Notes under the pieces: generated by a model
What the model was told of the DNA's origin: nothing
Seen by the model: the letters and a program-made list of their open reading frames with translations, nothing else
Databases searched by the model: none
Shown: positions 13,081 through 27,599 of the stretch, one piece after another
How positions within the stretch are numbered: position 1 is the first letter of the stretch
How the letters are laid out: every line of letters starts with the position of its first letter
Assembly (NCBI GenBank): GCA_964016885.1
Contig: OZ024758.1
Span: 20,274,001 to 20,338,000, forward strand
Origin: Eledone cirrhosa
Taxonomy: Eukaryota
Length of the DNA stretch: 64,000 bases
Direction: 5' to 3'
Program-made: the position numbers and the translations under genes

Positions 13081-13881
13081 AAGAATGAGAAATAAGTTAG
13101 ATTGAGGCGACATGCAACTGAATCTCAATATATATACATATTTTACGTAGGTATATATTTTAAAATCTTCCAATTAAGTAAGCATATACAGAAATCAATA
13201 TGTAGCTAAAATGATATAGGGATATTATGTTCGGCATTTATGCTAAGAGAATATACTGCTTAATGAAAGAATTTCTGTACCTGTAAAATCGGCTAAATTG
13301 CATAAAATCTGTAATGAGACCCGCTGAAACTCAGACGTTGGTAATTGTATGAGAATGTTGAAAGTAAATAAAAATGAATGGCCTCCTGATATAGTGCAAT
13401 TCCGATTTGGTAGCCATATACTTTATATCATCGAAATCGACAAGACATTTGCTATAGAAGTTCATGTCTCTTGGACACAATTATGCTGTTTATTTTAGAC
13501 TCTTGGTTTATTCGATTTAGAAAAAGGAAGAAGTGGTAAAATGTTTCGGCATAAGTGATTAGGGAAATGTGAAAACTTTTGTGACAAACTACAAGCTATA
13601 GAAGCCATTCGGTATATTTAAAACACTACATATTAAATGTTAAATATCTCATCAAATTCAGATTATTATTTACCTTCAATTTGTAAATTTATTCCGTTTA
13701 TGGTATGATACCTATTAATTAACAACTGTTGTTTCAGAAACAAAAATGGCTGGTCGTAGTAACGGTGTCACAGCTGCTAATGTCATCAATCCATCCATGC
13801 CTTGAGCTGCCATAATAAATGACAGCCAAGGAGATCGTCATTTTTGTGCTCGCTTGATACAATGTGCTCTAATGTGATCTT

Positions 13882-14293
13882 GAACTGGTTTCGCGCCAAA
13901 TGTATGTTTGTCGAAGAGTGTCCTTTTCCGCTTGATTGAGTTGTAATCATGTTGATAAGTCACTGAAAAATATGTCTATTAAGAAAAATGTGTGTGTGTA
14001 TGTGTGTGCGTGCGCGCGTGTGTGTGTGTGCGCGTGTGTGTTGTTGTGATAATCGTCAGTAGGGAGGTCAGTGTACGTGCGTGAGTTGCAGTCAGGTTGA
14101 AAGTTCAACAGTTCAGGTGTCTATTAAGACAAATATGTGTCTGTGTGTGTATCAGAGTGGTTCATTGTTGTGATAATAGGAATGAATCGGTCAGTAGGAA
14201 TGTGTGTGTACGTGTGTGCGTGTGTGTGTGGGGGGGGGGGTGTATTTTAATATGTTGAACAATTATTTTTCAACTCTTGTCTTATACGGAGAA

Positions 14294-14359
<66 letters not shown>

Positions 14360-15434
14360 TAGTGTACGCGTGTGTATGTGTGTGTGTGTGTGTGTGTGTA
14401 TGTGTGTGTTTGTGTGTGGATGGACCAGTATGTTTGTGGTACTGGTAAAAATGGTGTACATTATTTGAAATGTTCAGTCATTTGCAAAAATAATTCACTC
14501 AAAAGAACATGAATAACATCAATACTAAAAGAGGTGAAATGATGTATAGTATTTTCATAACATCAAGGTGTGTGTGAGTGTCTAGATTGTACGTACTGCA
14601 AGGGGAATCCATTAAACCCTGCCGTATGCGATACTTGTGTACAAATATGTATGTGCCTATCAATGTGCATACATGTGTGTGTATGTGTATGTGTGAGTGT
14701 CGGCACGTGTATATCTATAAACATCAAAAGGTCTGCAAATTTGTGTATATGTGTGTTGCACCATAGGACGTGTGTTTACGTATGTCATTGTGTTTATATG
14801 TGGATAGAAATGTATGTAGGATATATGCTGATGTAGGTATGTATGCTGACGTGTGTATGTTGTGGGTTCGTCTTAGGAAGAAGTGTTTAGACGGGGTCCG
14901 CACACACATATATTTATCTTAATAGACATATTTTTCAGTGACTTTTCAACATGAGTGCAACTCAATCAAGCGGAAAGGTCACTTTTCGACAAACCTACAT
15001 TTGGCGCGAAACCAGTTCGCACTAAAATCAATTTTAACAGTCATGTGACTTCTACCGACCAATCAATATTGTTTTGACTACAAGAATTTTTGTAACACCA
15101 ATTGGCGCGAATTTATACTGCTTATTCACGTGACGTTGAACAACTAACCAAATCTTAATACCTCTGGAGCCACATTTTTCACATAAACCAGGAAGAATTT
15201 CCAAAACTGATCAGATTAGAGCAAAAATCACGAGCGCTCTATCTCAACATTATTTTTGAAAAGCATTAGAAATGCGCAACCGGTCAAAACTTAAAACTAA
15301 AACTGAATACTAACTATTACTTATTACTCATTTATACGTATTCCTACTTAAACTATTTTTCCTGTGAAAAATTTGTGAACATTTTCTTTTCCTTTTTACT
15401 AATATATCACAATTCGTGTGTCATACCTCTATTT

Positions 15435-15440
<6 letters not shown>
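13882..15440. mobile_element. Non-autonomous element with a ~100 bp inverted repeat and a pseudo-LTR-like end at (TA)n (probably Penelope-derived)
   Basis: 13882-13984 is the reverse complement of 14917-15018. About 15080-15440 is the reverse complement of 54001-54324. The interior is GT-rich. Confidence 0.65.
15253..15289 (+). ncRNA. Hammerhead-shaped motif with variant core (family H3)
   Basis: UUU UUGAAAA GCAUU-AGA-AAUGC GCAA CCGG UC|AAA. Also present at 54384-54420 (+) and 54152-54188 (-). Confidence 0.45.
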
Positions 15441-15491
<51 letters not shown>

Positions 15492-16286
15492 TTTCCTTCA
15501 AATACAAATAAAACAGTCATACCGAGGCATACATTCCCAAGCACGCAAATACAAACGAACGCTCGTGCACATTTCCCTGTCAGTGGTGAACATCACATCT
15601 ATTATATAGTGGCCTCTATTGTCGTTACAGTTTAGGACACTCATTCTGAACTCATCAATACCTATTGACAGCCCTGGGTGTAAGGTATTTCATATGAAAT
15701 CATATTCCTAGTTACCACATTATCCCGAAATACGATATATTCCCGTCAAGCATAGGAGTAGTTCTTTGATCTGAGCTAAACATCGTAGAAAGTATTGTGC
15801 CTCAATATTATTACTATCAATCAAATAAACTTAAACATGGCGATTTCCAGATCTACTGTATTGAAATTGTAACAAACTATGTGAAATTCTAGGTTGATAT
15901 ATCCCGTTGAATCCCCCTTTTATGATTTAAAAGAGGGAAATCATAAATGACACAGTTACCTAATATAGTCGGGTTACGGAGAGAGATATAGAGATTACCA
16001 AACGAATCGCGCCAATTCAGTAGGCATATTGTCTTCAGGAGAATATGTGAGGAAAATATAACCAGGATAGAGTCAATAGTTGGGTAGGAATATCAAACTC
16101 AATCAGTGAAAACGAAAGAGTTAAGATTTCGTAGGATTTCGTCTTTCAATGATGTCATATGATGGGAAAATGACATAAAACATCTTCTTCGTTAATATAA
16201 AGGAATAATTCTGCACAGTAATTAAAATGGAATCTCAGGTTGATAAAGCGAATAATAAGTTCGCTGGTTGTCTACAACGTTTTCCA

Positions 16287-16292
16287 GTAGTG

Positions 16293-16347
<55 letters not shown>
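16287..16347. repeat. (GTA)n trinucleotide repeat
   Basis: Direct inspection. Confidence 0.95.
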
Positions 16348-16349
<2 letters not shown>

Positions 16350-16815
16350 ATAGTAGTAGTAGTAGTATGTAGATGTTGAATAGGGTGTTTGTGACTTTCA
16401 TTTAATTGCATGGTTTATAATTTAGATACAAGGCCACGTGTGGAGAAAAACGCGAATAACGATTGGAACGTGAACTACAATACACGTTGCTGCAGGAAGA
16501 AATCGACTAACGTTTGCAATGCACGCTATATGACTCTATATTCAACAAATTCACTCACGTAACACTAACTTGAAGGGAATGGGTAGGCAGTGAAATTGGT
16601 CCTGGGAGAGCTTTTAGCTTTCATCCAAACGATAATTATTGGGAATATTCAATACATTAAATGTTTCTCATAACTATATGTTAATTTGTAATTTATTGTT
16701 TGTAATTAAAGTTTCTAACAAAATTAATGACGTTTGAATTACCTGTGTCGGCGTGTTTAATGTCACTCATTTTGTTTAGGCAGTTCTAACGGCACATACA
16801 TACATATACACACAC

Positions 16816-16859
<44 letters not shown>

Positions 16860-16907
16860 TGGTGTGAGGGGGTGTATGTATGTATGCACACACACACACA
16901 CACACAC

Positions 16908-16947
<40 letters not shown>

Positions 16948-17269
16948 CATAAGAAACTAGAGAGAAAGTGTTATGTGTACATCCTCTGTTTAATGCGTAA
17001 TTCTGTTATACGTATTTTGAAGACTTATATCAAAATGATGCTATAAACAGATGATGTGCACCTAACACCGTCTCTCTTCTTTAGTATATTGAAACTACGA
17101 TTGATACGCTATTAATAACACTCTGACGAATACAAGTCTTCGACTTCCGTACCTCTGTTTACAAAAAAACTTCGCTGGGATAATCTAATCAACCAACATT
17201 CATAAATTGAATAGTGTGTATGTATGTATGTATGTATGTATGTATGTATGTATGTATGTATGTATGTAC

Positions 17270-17300
<31 letters not shown>

Positions 17301-17307
17301 TGTATGT

Positions 17308-17533
17308 ATATCTGGAGATCTCTCTGCACTTGTCGTCACATGGTACCATGGGCCCAGCACTATGTGTCAATAATTGTCACAAGTGTAGTGTTCGTACCAG
17401 AGTTTTCAAGTCGCTGGCTGGACTAAAAAGTCACACTCGTTCAACGCATCGGTAAGGGTTCTCCTACATGGATATAAAGTAGTGGCCTGTACTCGAAAAC
17501 GAGTTGGCAGCCACCATGTATGTATGTATGTAT
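17308..17533 (+). mobile_element. 3' portion of the RTE-derived 610 bp element, embedded in (TATG)n
   Basis: Matches 10420-10630. Confidence 0.85.
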
Positions 17534-18223
17534 CTAGGTATGTGTAGTTTCATCCGATGATGTTCACCAGTTCTCCTATACGGGTAGTGTTTTCATTGCT
17601 CAGAGAGTGGGATCGTTCGAGTGCAAGGAATTTCCCCTTAAACAAACCCGTCAAATCATAGACATTGCTTGTTCAGGATATGTTACAGGTTCACGTGGCT
17701 GGCCGTAGCCTTAAAGTGCACCGAACTCTATAACGTGACAAGCGATTGAAATATTCTTAGCAGAGTTTGCAGCCATCATATAGTTACAATAGTAGACTAA
17801 AAATCAATTACTTTTGCTTTAAGCAACTCACATGTTTTGATATCCGATACATTTAAATTTGTTTTCAAATTGTATAGTTGTGAGATTAAAGGATTTACCA
17901 CAGACAAGTTATTTGCTTTCTGAAAAAACGAAGAATTAGGCTTATGGTTAAAGAAGTACGAGACATAAGTTTGTCTAATATATTGACGTAAATGATGAAT
18001 TGTCAACTTTGTTTTTTTTTCAACCAGGCTTTTAGAAGAGTCGATTAACCTAATTGGTGCCATTCATATATATTATAAACTAGATATACGGCAAAGTTCG
18101 TAAATATATTCAATGGTTTGTCTCTGAGCGATAAATGAAATAAATAATATGCATATAAATTACTTATTTTCACTGTCTGATTCTGGTCACTCTCTGTTGT
18201 TATACTTATACATACATACATAC

Positions 18224-18258
<35 letters not shown>

Positions 18259-18308
18259 CATACATACATACAAACACGTATATATACATACATACATACA
18301 TGCGTAAG

Positions 18309-18352
<44 letters not shown>

Positions 18353-19189
18353 CATTTATACTTACGTACATACGTACTGATAAATATACACACATACGCA
18401 CATACATACATACGGAGATATATATGGATATGTACGTAGATCCATACATGCATACAGTTTGAAATGCACATAGTACTTGTCGTAGACACGGCAGAAGGAC
18501 GTGACAGCATATCCGTGGATTAATTGCTGGGTTATGGTCGTCAGTGACTCCCTGATAGTTAGTCATCCGGCCTCATTTTCTATTTTACCCTAAGATGCAT
18601 GTGAGTCTGATAGATATGTTGTCCATCGTGTAGTGCATATTCACATATGAATTAGCATTTGTTTGCTCCTGAATTATTTCCTAGGCTTGGAAATAAAAAA
18701 AAATAGTATAAGATGCATGTGAGTCTAACAGAAATGGTGTCTCTGCTGTGTATGCACACTGACTTACGAATTAGTATTTCTAGGGAGATGGATATTTTCC
18801 AAGAACTAAAATAGCGGGCAGTAGTTCTGATATGGTTATTTGTAATATTGAAATTATCAGTTCGACTTTATGTTTACACCAAATTCCATTCTTATGAAAA
18901 CGTGAATATTATGTGATAAATATATAGAAAAGATAAATAGTATATTATATTAACAGAATCCTGTGCATTGCATAAATATTAATGCTGAACACCAGTATTC
19001 AAATTGTTAAAATTGTCAATGAATTATTTCAAGGATTGAGTAAGCTCTTTGCATATCTTTCTTATCCTGTTTAATCAACGTCAGAAATTGTATTAGTTAT
19101 TATGTTTAGGTAGGAATCATAATATTGTATAATGTACAAGGAAACAAAGCATCAAGTTATCATAAACTATTAGCTCATAATAAGTAAAT

Positions 19190-19380
19190 GATAGTTTCTA
19201 CTTTTGGCACAATTCCAGCAATTACCCCAGTGTATTACTGGTACTTTATTTTATCGACCCCGTAAGGATGAAAAGCAATGTTAACCACGGAGTGATTTGA
19301 ACTCAGACCATAAAGGGGTATAACAATTTGCTGCAAAGCATGGCGTCCGACCCTCTAACGATACTTCCAATCCACGGCCC
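19190..19380 (-). mobile_element. SINE family A with 13 bp TSD
   Basis: ATAATAAGTAAAT at 19177-19189 and 19384-19396. Confidence 0.88.
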
Positions 19381-20113
19381 TTAATAATAAGTAAATCATA
19401 ATTAAAATATTGATTATTTTCGATCACTTATATGGTCAACTATTATACTTGAGGAGATATACTTCTGTCAATATTGGACAAATGATCACCAAATCCAAAG
19501 GAAGATGTTCATGTTTAGATGGAAATCAGTATTGATTTTTTATATGATCAATCCACAAAATTTACAGTAAAGGGCAAATCGAAGGGATTTGAACTATAAG
19601 AAGTAAAAGGAGACCACAGGAAGAACTTAGTCAAGCAACAGAAACAATTTTAGCAATCCAACTATAATTGACATAATTGTATGTTTAAATGTATTAACCT
19701 ATATTAAGAAAATAATAGACAAGCATAACACTTTTGTAGGTCTTATTACCTTTTTACAAATCTAAGCATTTAATACAACGCAAAAAACAAAAAGAAGACA
19801 TGTTCAAATTACAAACAAACTAAAGAGTTTAATGTTATCTGCCTGAAGAGGAAATTGAAACGTTCACGTTATTTTATTTGTCATCTGTATTAAGCGCATT
19901 TATAAATTAAAATGTTTTCAATTTATATGTAAATTGATTTCCTCAACGTTTGCTCCACGGCGTTTACTACTGAAAAGTAAATGATATATTACTGCTGGAC
20001 AGACATTTCAACAGTAATTTCGTTTTAGAAAATTAACTGGAAAATATATTACTTTTATGGTAATATATTTTCAAGTAATTGTTTCCTGATAAACATGCAG
20101 TATATCATTTGAT

Positions 20114-20151
<38 letters not shown>

Positions 20152-20191
20152 CATACATTATATATATATATACATACATTATATATATATG

Positions 20192-20269
<78 letters not shown>

Positions 20270-20500
20270 CATTATATATATATATACATACATTATATAT
20301 ATATATATACATACATTATATATATATATATACATACATTATATATATATATATACATACATTATATATATATATATATATATACATAATATATATATAT
20401 ATATACATACATTATATATATATATATATATATATGTATGTAAGTATGTATATACATACATATATATATATATATATAAGTGTGTGTGTGGGTGTGTGTC

Positions 20501-20577
<77 letters not shown>
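20114..20577. repeat. (TA)n array with a higher-order (TA)n-CATACAT unit
   Basis: Direct inspection. Confidence 0.92.
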
Positions 20578-20578
<1 letters not shown>

Positions 20579-21149
20579 CTAAAAAGAAAAGCTGAAATAT
20601 ACAATTAATTGGGGATTGAGAGAAGACGAAGTCCTTACATAAATATCAAGCTATGAAATTAAATTCTCAAAATTATTGTTTATCCTTCTATCCCCGTTTA
20701 CAGAGAATTTAAAACGAAATATTTGCCATGATCCAAAAATTTAATATATAGCTGATGAAAAATTCAAGAAATGTAATTTTCGTTTCGGATTTCGTTTTGT
20801 AAATTTGATTTCGTTGTGATCCTTATAATTCGTAATTCGTAGTTATTAAAATCTGTGTCACGTTGCACAGTATAATATGAATGAAATGAACACTTTCGCA
20901 TTATCCTTATCAGCCATTAAGTGTGTTCACCTGTAAACAATGTGACATCGATTTTAAAATAGGTTTCTTAAACTAATATTTCTTTCCCTGTGTGTGCGTC
21001 TACAAAAGAAAATGATTTGCTCTGCTATGTTCAAATCAATGTTGTATCATTGCCTCTAAAATTATTGAAAATATTAAGGCGACAAATTGGCAGTAGGGCA
21101 TCATAGCCTCTCGTAAAACGTATGCATGTATGGGTTTGAAGGACCCCAA

Positions 21150-21445
21150 GATTTTGTGAGAGCATTCTTCTAGGAGAAGGCAACTCAGGAAGCTGGCATA
21201 ACTCCGACATAAAACCTGCGTCTCAGTAGTTACCGATGATGTTGATATTTTCTTATTTTCGGGTTATAACTACTGTCGCTCAGAAAGTGGGTTTGGCTCA
21301 GTGCAAATGCTTTCCTCATTTAAAGAAAATATCTTTACGTACAGTCATTGCATGATAACATTAATTGATAATTATTAATAATAATATATCGTACAATGGT
21401 CACAATTGTTAACGAGCGTACAGTCATCACATATGTATGTATGTA
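21150..21445 (+). mobile_element. Diverged relative of the RTE-derived element
   Basis: Shares TTCTAGGAGAAGG, AACTC.GA.ATAA.ACCTGC, GATGTTGA and AGTGGG..TGGCT with 10255-10380, and ends in TATGTATGTATG. Confidence 0.55.
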
Positions 21446-21744
21446 ATATCCCTGTGTTCTTGCTAGACAGCCGCCGTTTAATCCATTATTTTCACTAGTA
21501 TTGCACTCGCCCTTAAGGAGTTCAAGTACTGCTCCTCAAACGAATCTCCTGGAGCTAGTGTTACTATATTAGCTGTTTGCCGGTGAAAGCAAGATTCTAA
21601 GGATCCATATCTGGATACAGTAAAATAATTCTGCTGGCAGGTATTTGGAAGTGGGGAAAATTTGATTGAATCTGCCCTAGTGCGTGACATATATTTATTT
21701 CATCTACCTCTAAAGAAAGCTAATTGAATGTCTAAAAACATCTG

Positions 21745-21912
21745 ACTGATGAAATGACAAGACAGATTGGTAGCCTCCCCACAGCCCCGTCGGACAGAAT
21801 GGAGAAGGCGTTTCCTCGGAGGACGGCAAGGGAGACGCGCTGGAAAAGTAATTCCAGCTCGCGAAGCTCACATCTCTGGCTGCTCAGGACACCGCCTATG
21901 GTGGTGAGTAGG
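21745..21912 (-). mobile_element. 3' fragment of a CRE-clade non-LTR retrotransposon (C-terminus of the restriction-like endonuclease region)
   Basis: LLTTIGGVLSSQRCELRELELLFQRVSLAVLRGNAFSIL matches the FQRLSxAxxRGNA C-terminal motif. Homologous to 57345-57493. Confidence 0.75.
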
Positions 21913-22151
21913 GAGGTAGCACTAGTGTGAGGAGGCCAGAAGTCTCCACTGCCAAGGGTACAACCGCAAACCTGTTGGAGAGTGACCAATATAGTATGAG
22001 AAGCAAAGTTGATATCCATCGAATTATAACTCAGCATGTAGATGATCGGGCTCTACGTCGCAAATCACTTTTTCCCTCGCTCTATCGATTCTGCTAAACC
22101 AGCAAACCCAACATAAACATCAATAATGTCAATGTTTAACAGTAAGATTAA

Positions 22152-22553
22152 ATAATTGTTTCTAATTTAGGCACACAGACAGCAAAATATAAGGGGAAGG
22201 GAGAGCCGATAACTCGACCCCAGTGTGTGACTGGTACTTTATTATATCGACCCCGTAAGTATGAAAACCAAAGCTAACTTCGGTGGAAGTTGAACTCAGA
22301 TCATAAAGAGTGAAGCAGGGTGTCCAACGCTCTACCGACACTGCCAATCCACCACGCTGGCGTAAGAATAATTGTTTTTACTTTTGTCACAAGGCCAGTA
22401 ATAACCTCAGTGCATTACTGGTACTTTATTTTATCGATCCCGTAAGGATGAAAGGCAAATTTAACCTCGGTGGGATTTGAAGAGAGGCCACAAAGGGACG
22501 TAACTCTATACTAGAAAGCATACGTCAGACTCGCCACCGATATTGCCATTCCT
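22152..22553 (-). mobile_element. Two tandem SINE A copies (long form 22152-22357, short form 22368-22553)
   Basis: Similarity to 1079-1269. Confidence 0.85.
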
Positions 22554-24442
22554 TCGTACGAATAAGTATTGTCAACTAACTCTAAAATAATATTTTCCTC
22601 AGATTCGCGACAAATCTGATTGCATCATAAGATCATTAATAGAAAATTGATTAAGATTATTTCTTCATACTGTAATAAATGTTGTTAGCTCTCTTAACAC
22701 TTCTTGAGTAGCAGAATTTCCAAATTCAATAATATAATCTATATTGTCTGTAATTATATTGTCTTCGGGCAAAAATTAGTCTACAATATGACATCGATCA
22801 ATAGAACATTTTCAATTAATATTTATAATTTAAATGCAAATATTATCCGTTAAAGTTTGTTTGATCCACAGATATTAATATTTAAATATTGTTATCTTAT
22901 AAAATAACAATACAAAAATCGTTTATTCATCTCATTGATCTGAAAGAAAAACTGTTTTTATTCAGTAATGGAAATTAAAGTACATTTTTTTTCAAGTTAG
23001 TTCTTTCATTATTAAACCATCAATGATTTGTTTGCAAAATATCTTGTTTATGAGTTCAACGTCAAGATGTATTTAGGCTCCATTGCCTGTTATAAAAACA
23101 AGGACGAGTTTCCATTAAAATCTAATTGTCGATTTTTCTTTTTTTCGTAAAGCTGCATGAGGTGAGAAGTTATATACGTGCACACACACACACACAACCA
23201 TTGACACACACACACGCCCACATATACAGAGAGAGAGTGAGAGAGAGAGAGAATGTGACACACAGACACACATATATATATATATATCAAGTAGACGGCA
23301 AAACAGATGTATATATATATATATATATATAGATACGTTTGTCTGTGTATCCCATGTCCAATAGGTGGTAACCATAGGAATTAAGGTGCTCAATACATAG
23401 CAGAGTATAATTTTTTAACATACAAATGGCTTCTACAGGAAATGCGACTGGCCTCCATCCATCCCAATCACCACCTTCTTTTACAACCAGAAAATCTATA
23501 AATACCATCGTATCACATTGACAGTCGGATCGCCTTATGATTTCCTTCGAATGAAACGGTTCTTGTCATGTAGAAAACATTTCCTTCTCTCTCTCTATAT
23601 ATATATATATACATATATATACTTATTAAATGTTATGGAACAAGGAAGAATTAATAAAATATAATTATTATCGAGGAGACGTAAAGAGAACAATTTTCCG
23701 ATAACATTTCTCTCCGGCTTTTCAAATATTTCATTCTGCTTGGAAATTGATTTACGTTAGCACGCAGGAATAAAACCAATTTACACCAGGAGAATATACA
23801 GATTCTAATTTGCTAGTCATTGTTATTGTATGCATTTTAATATGTTCTATTCTATTATGAAACGAAAATAAATGACGTTAATTTCCAATCTGGTGTCATC
23901 TGATTGAAAACATATTCACAAGAAATTTTATTTCTATTGAATAGAAATATTTTCATTTTCTTACTAAAGTATTCATTACAGTATGGACGTTCTTCGTTTA
24001 ATGTAAAAGACGAAGAAAATAGAATGAATATAATAATAGAATTTTGAGATAGGAGAATCACTAGATACGTCTATTGATTTCAGATGTTGGAAAGTATATA
24101 ACGAAATTAGGATTAGCAAGATATGTTTGTATTAGCAAGATACAGCTTTGTATCTCATACGCGGATATACAAATAAACCTGAAATAAATAATTTGATAAA
24201 CGTTTAAGTACTTTATGTTTTTGTTGTGAATCTTGGTATTACTAAACTTCGGACATCTCAAATCTATAAATCATGTGTTAAATCTAAGGATTTATGGTAT
24301 GCTTGCTTACAGAGTTCGTGTGCCTTTAGGCATTATATAAATACATATTTACACAATATACATAATTATTATAGATCATTTGAATCTACGTCTTTAATAG
24401 CATAATCCGTAGAGAAAGGATACCAGAAAATAGGCTTTATAT

Positions 24443-24730
24443 AAGTCATGGGCAACTTCCGTAACGCGAAGCTTTCTGAATATCTCGCCTAGGTCACCTA
24501 AGTGAAATCTTCCTGATTGTTTACCCCAAATGTTCAGTCGTAATTTATCTTTCTATTATTTTTACAATCGAGGAAAACAACGTGTACGAATTCTGAAGAA
24601 ACAAATCAAAACAACCTGAGTTACCGCCCTTTTTTTATGTGGGCACGAATGTAAATTAGCGCTTGCGGCCCGCCTGATGGTGAGCCATATCTCATGCGGC
24701 CCGGCTCTCGAAAAAAGTTGCCCATGCCAC
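24443..24730. mobile_element. hAT-type MITE
   Basis: TIR core CATGGGCAACTT/AAGTTGCCCATG, subterminal GCGGCCC motifs, and a degenerate 8 bp TSD (CTTTATAT/CTTTACAG). Confidence 0.7.
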
Positions 24731-25155
24731 CTTTACAGTTTTCGTATCTAGTGGCACTAATTTAGAAATATAGTTCAGTACCACCTGTCTGAATAGAATG
24801 ATTTCAGCGGTGTGTACTTCATTTGAATTGACTGAGCCTCGTTTGCCGACTACCCAAGTTGACTAAATATATATTTATAATACATTGCTGTATATATTGT
24901 AATTTTTAAAGAGTTAACTCTTTATATGATTATAATGTTTAAGTGTAGCTCATATCAAGAATAATCAGATTATAGATTATATTTTTATGTTATACATTAG
25001 GTTATGTACTTTATACATTATGTAATTGTGCAGGGTCATTCGCTCCATAGATTTGATGAAGATGATGCATCAGGTATGATATTATAGCAGTATATAATAG
25101 ATATAATAAATAATGAATCAATTCAAAGAGGATCGCTAAAATCTTCAAATATTAT

Positions 25156-26578
25156 TTGGCAGTATCGGTAGAGGGTCGGACGCCATGCTTTGCAGCATAG
25201 TTACGTCGCTTTACGATCTGAGTTCAAATCCCGCCGAGGTTGACTTTGCCTTTCATCCTTACGGGGGCGATAACATAAAGTACCAGTAATGCACTGATAA
25301 TTGCTGGCCTTGTGCCTAAAGTAGAAACAATTATATCATATTCGCTGAGCTATATTTCATCTGGCAAGCCAGCATCGAATGATATAGTCATCTACATAAA
25401 AGACCATTTTTAGACGCGTATTGTAACTAGTAATTTAAAACGAACATCGAATTATATTATATTATATTTGTACCTGCAATCCCACCGATGTTATCTTTGC
25501 CTTTCCTTCATACGGGGTTGTTAAAATAAAGGACCACTACATAACACACAGGGGTTGGTTTAATCGACCCCCCCCCCCTTCAAATTGTTGGCCTTTTGCC
25601 AAAAATAGAAACAATTATTATGTATTTGATATAAAATGTCGAATGGATTGGCAGTATCGGTAGAGCGTCAGACACCATGCTTTATAGTGTAGAGATATGG
25701 CCCTTTACATTTTAAGTTAATATTCCGACGAGGTAAACTTTGCCTGTCTTCCTTACGGGGTCGATAAAATGGAGTAAAAGTAATGTACTTAGGTCGATTT
25801 ATTTGACATTCACCTCCCCCAAATTACTAGCCTTGAGCCTATATAAGAAAACATTATTACAGCGTCGATAAAATAATATACCAGTCATACACTGGAGTCG
25901 GTATGATCAACTTTACTCTTCCCCACACTTGCTGGCCAGTGCTGCAAGCAGAAACCATTATATTTCTAGCTGCAATTGTGTACAACTTAAGTATACTTCG
26001 GGTTGACATTGTTTATCACCATTATTATATATTTGACGCATAGAGTTACGGCCCTTGCCATTCTGAGTTCAAATACCGCCAAAGTTAACTTTGCCTTTCG
26101 TCCTTACGGTGTCGATGAAATAAAGGACTAGTAATACACTGGATAATTGCTGGTCTTGTGCCACAAGTAGAAACAATTATTATATATTTGATAAGTGGTG
26201 CATTGGCAGTATCGGTAGAGGCTCTGACGCCATACTTCGCAGCTATGAGTTACGGCCCTTTATGGTCTGATTTCAAATCCCGCCGAAATTAACTTTGTCT
26301 TTCATCCTACGGGTCGATAAAATAAAGCACCAGTAACGTACTGGGGTCGATTTACTTGATTTTCATCTCCCCCAAATTACTAGCCTTGTGCCTAAACAAG
26401 AAATCGTAGAGGGTCGGACGCCATGCTTTGACGCATAGAGTTACGGCCCTTTACATTCTGAGTTCAAATCCCGCCGAGGTTCATTCTGCCTTTCATCTTT
26501 ATGTCGTCGATAAAATAAAGTAGCAGTAATGCACTGGGTAATTGCTGGCCTTGTACCAAAAGTAGAAACGATGATTAT
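25156..26578 (+). mobile_element. Cluster of about 7 same-orientation SINE A copies or fragments
   Basis: Copies at about 25156-25334, 25473-25620, 25644-25858, 25863-25961, 26033-26182, 26194-26405 and 26405-26578. Confidence 0.88.
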
Positions 26579-27140
26579 GTAGTTGATATGACATTTTGAC
26601 CGATTTTTGCTCTGAAGTATTATTTCGGATCCTTTTTTTCTACTTTGAGTATTACGTAAATTTATATCATTCTCAAACCAAAAATATGTTGGGGGAAGAA
26701 GAAAGTGTAAACAGTCTGCAAAACGCCTACATCTTATCACAATAAACCATGATGCAATATATTGAATTTTCCCAGTTTACTTCATCTCAGCAGCTAATTA
26801 ATCATCTTTAAGAGCGTTTGTCTTTCTACTCTGTGAACGTGTTGCAATATAGAGGATTTTGATTTATAAACAAAATTAATCGTTGCTGACTCATTAAACG
26901 CATCTCAGCAACAGAATCAATTATTTGCATACTTGCCTTTCAAGCTGTTCCACGTGTGTTACTTTTCTAGGGAGAGTCAATATATCTCATGTCCTTGTTT
27001 TGTAAATATTGTTCAAGGTATAATTTAAGTTTGATTCAGATATATTTGTCTCTTCCAGGGGATATCTTGTTGTAGTTAGCAGATCCGTACACATACATAT
27101 TTTGTACAGATAAGAAATGTTGCAACGCAGTTCGTAAAAT

Positions 27141-27382
27141 ATTCAGAGGAGACTGATGTTAGCTGGACATGCACACCGACATGCATATTTGCCACTGCAC
27201 ACTGTGCTCCTTGGGAGACCCTGCAAGGAGACACTGGAAGAGGAAAACCAAGGATAACATATGTTGATGCCCTAAGGAGAGACACTGGTCTCTTGGAATC
27301 GCAGGACATGGCTGCGATAATGAAGAACAGAGACCGATGTAGACAACTCGTCCATGGATCTCGGGAATTTAACCCGCCCTAA

Positions 27383-27384
<2 letters not shown>
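27141..27384 (+). mobile_element. 3' end of an RTE/RTEX-like LINE ORF, abutting (TA)n
   Basis: IQRRLMLAGHAHRH..(frameshift)..[34 protein letters not shown]. Shorter minus-strand copies at 28492-28590 and 29324-29395. Confidence 0.7.
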
Positions 27385-27467
<83 letters not shown>

Positions 27468-27484
27468 TATACATATATACATAT

Positions 27485-27527
<43 letters not shown>

Positions 27528-27599
27528 TATATATATATATATATTAATATATATATATATATATTTATATTAATATATGTCTGTTATGCAAATTTTATG

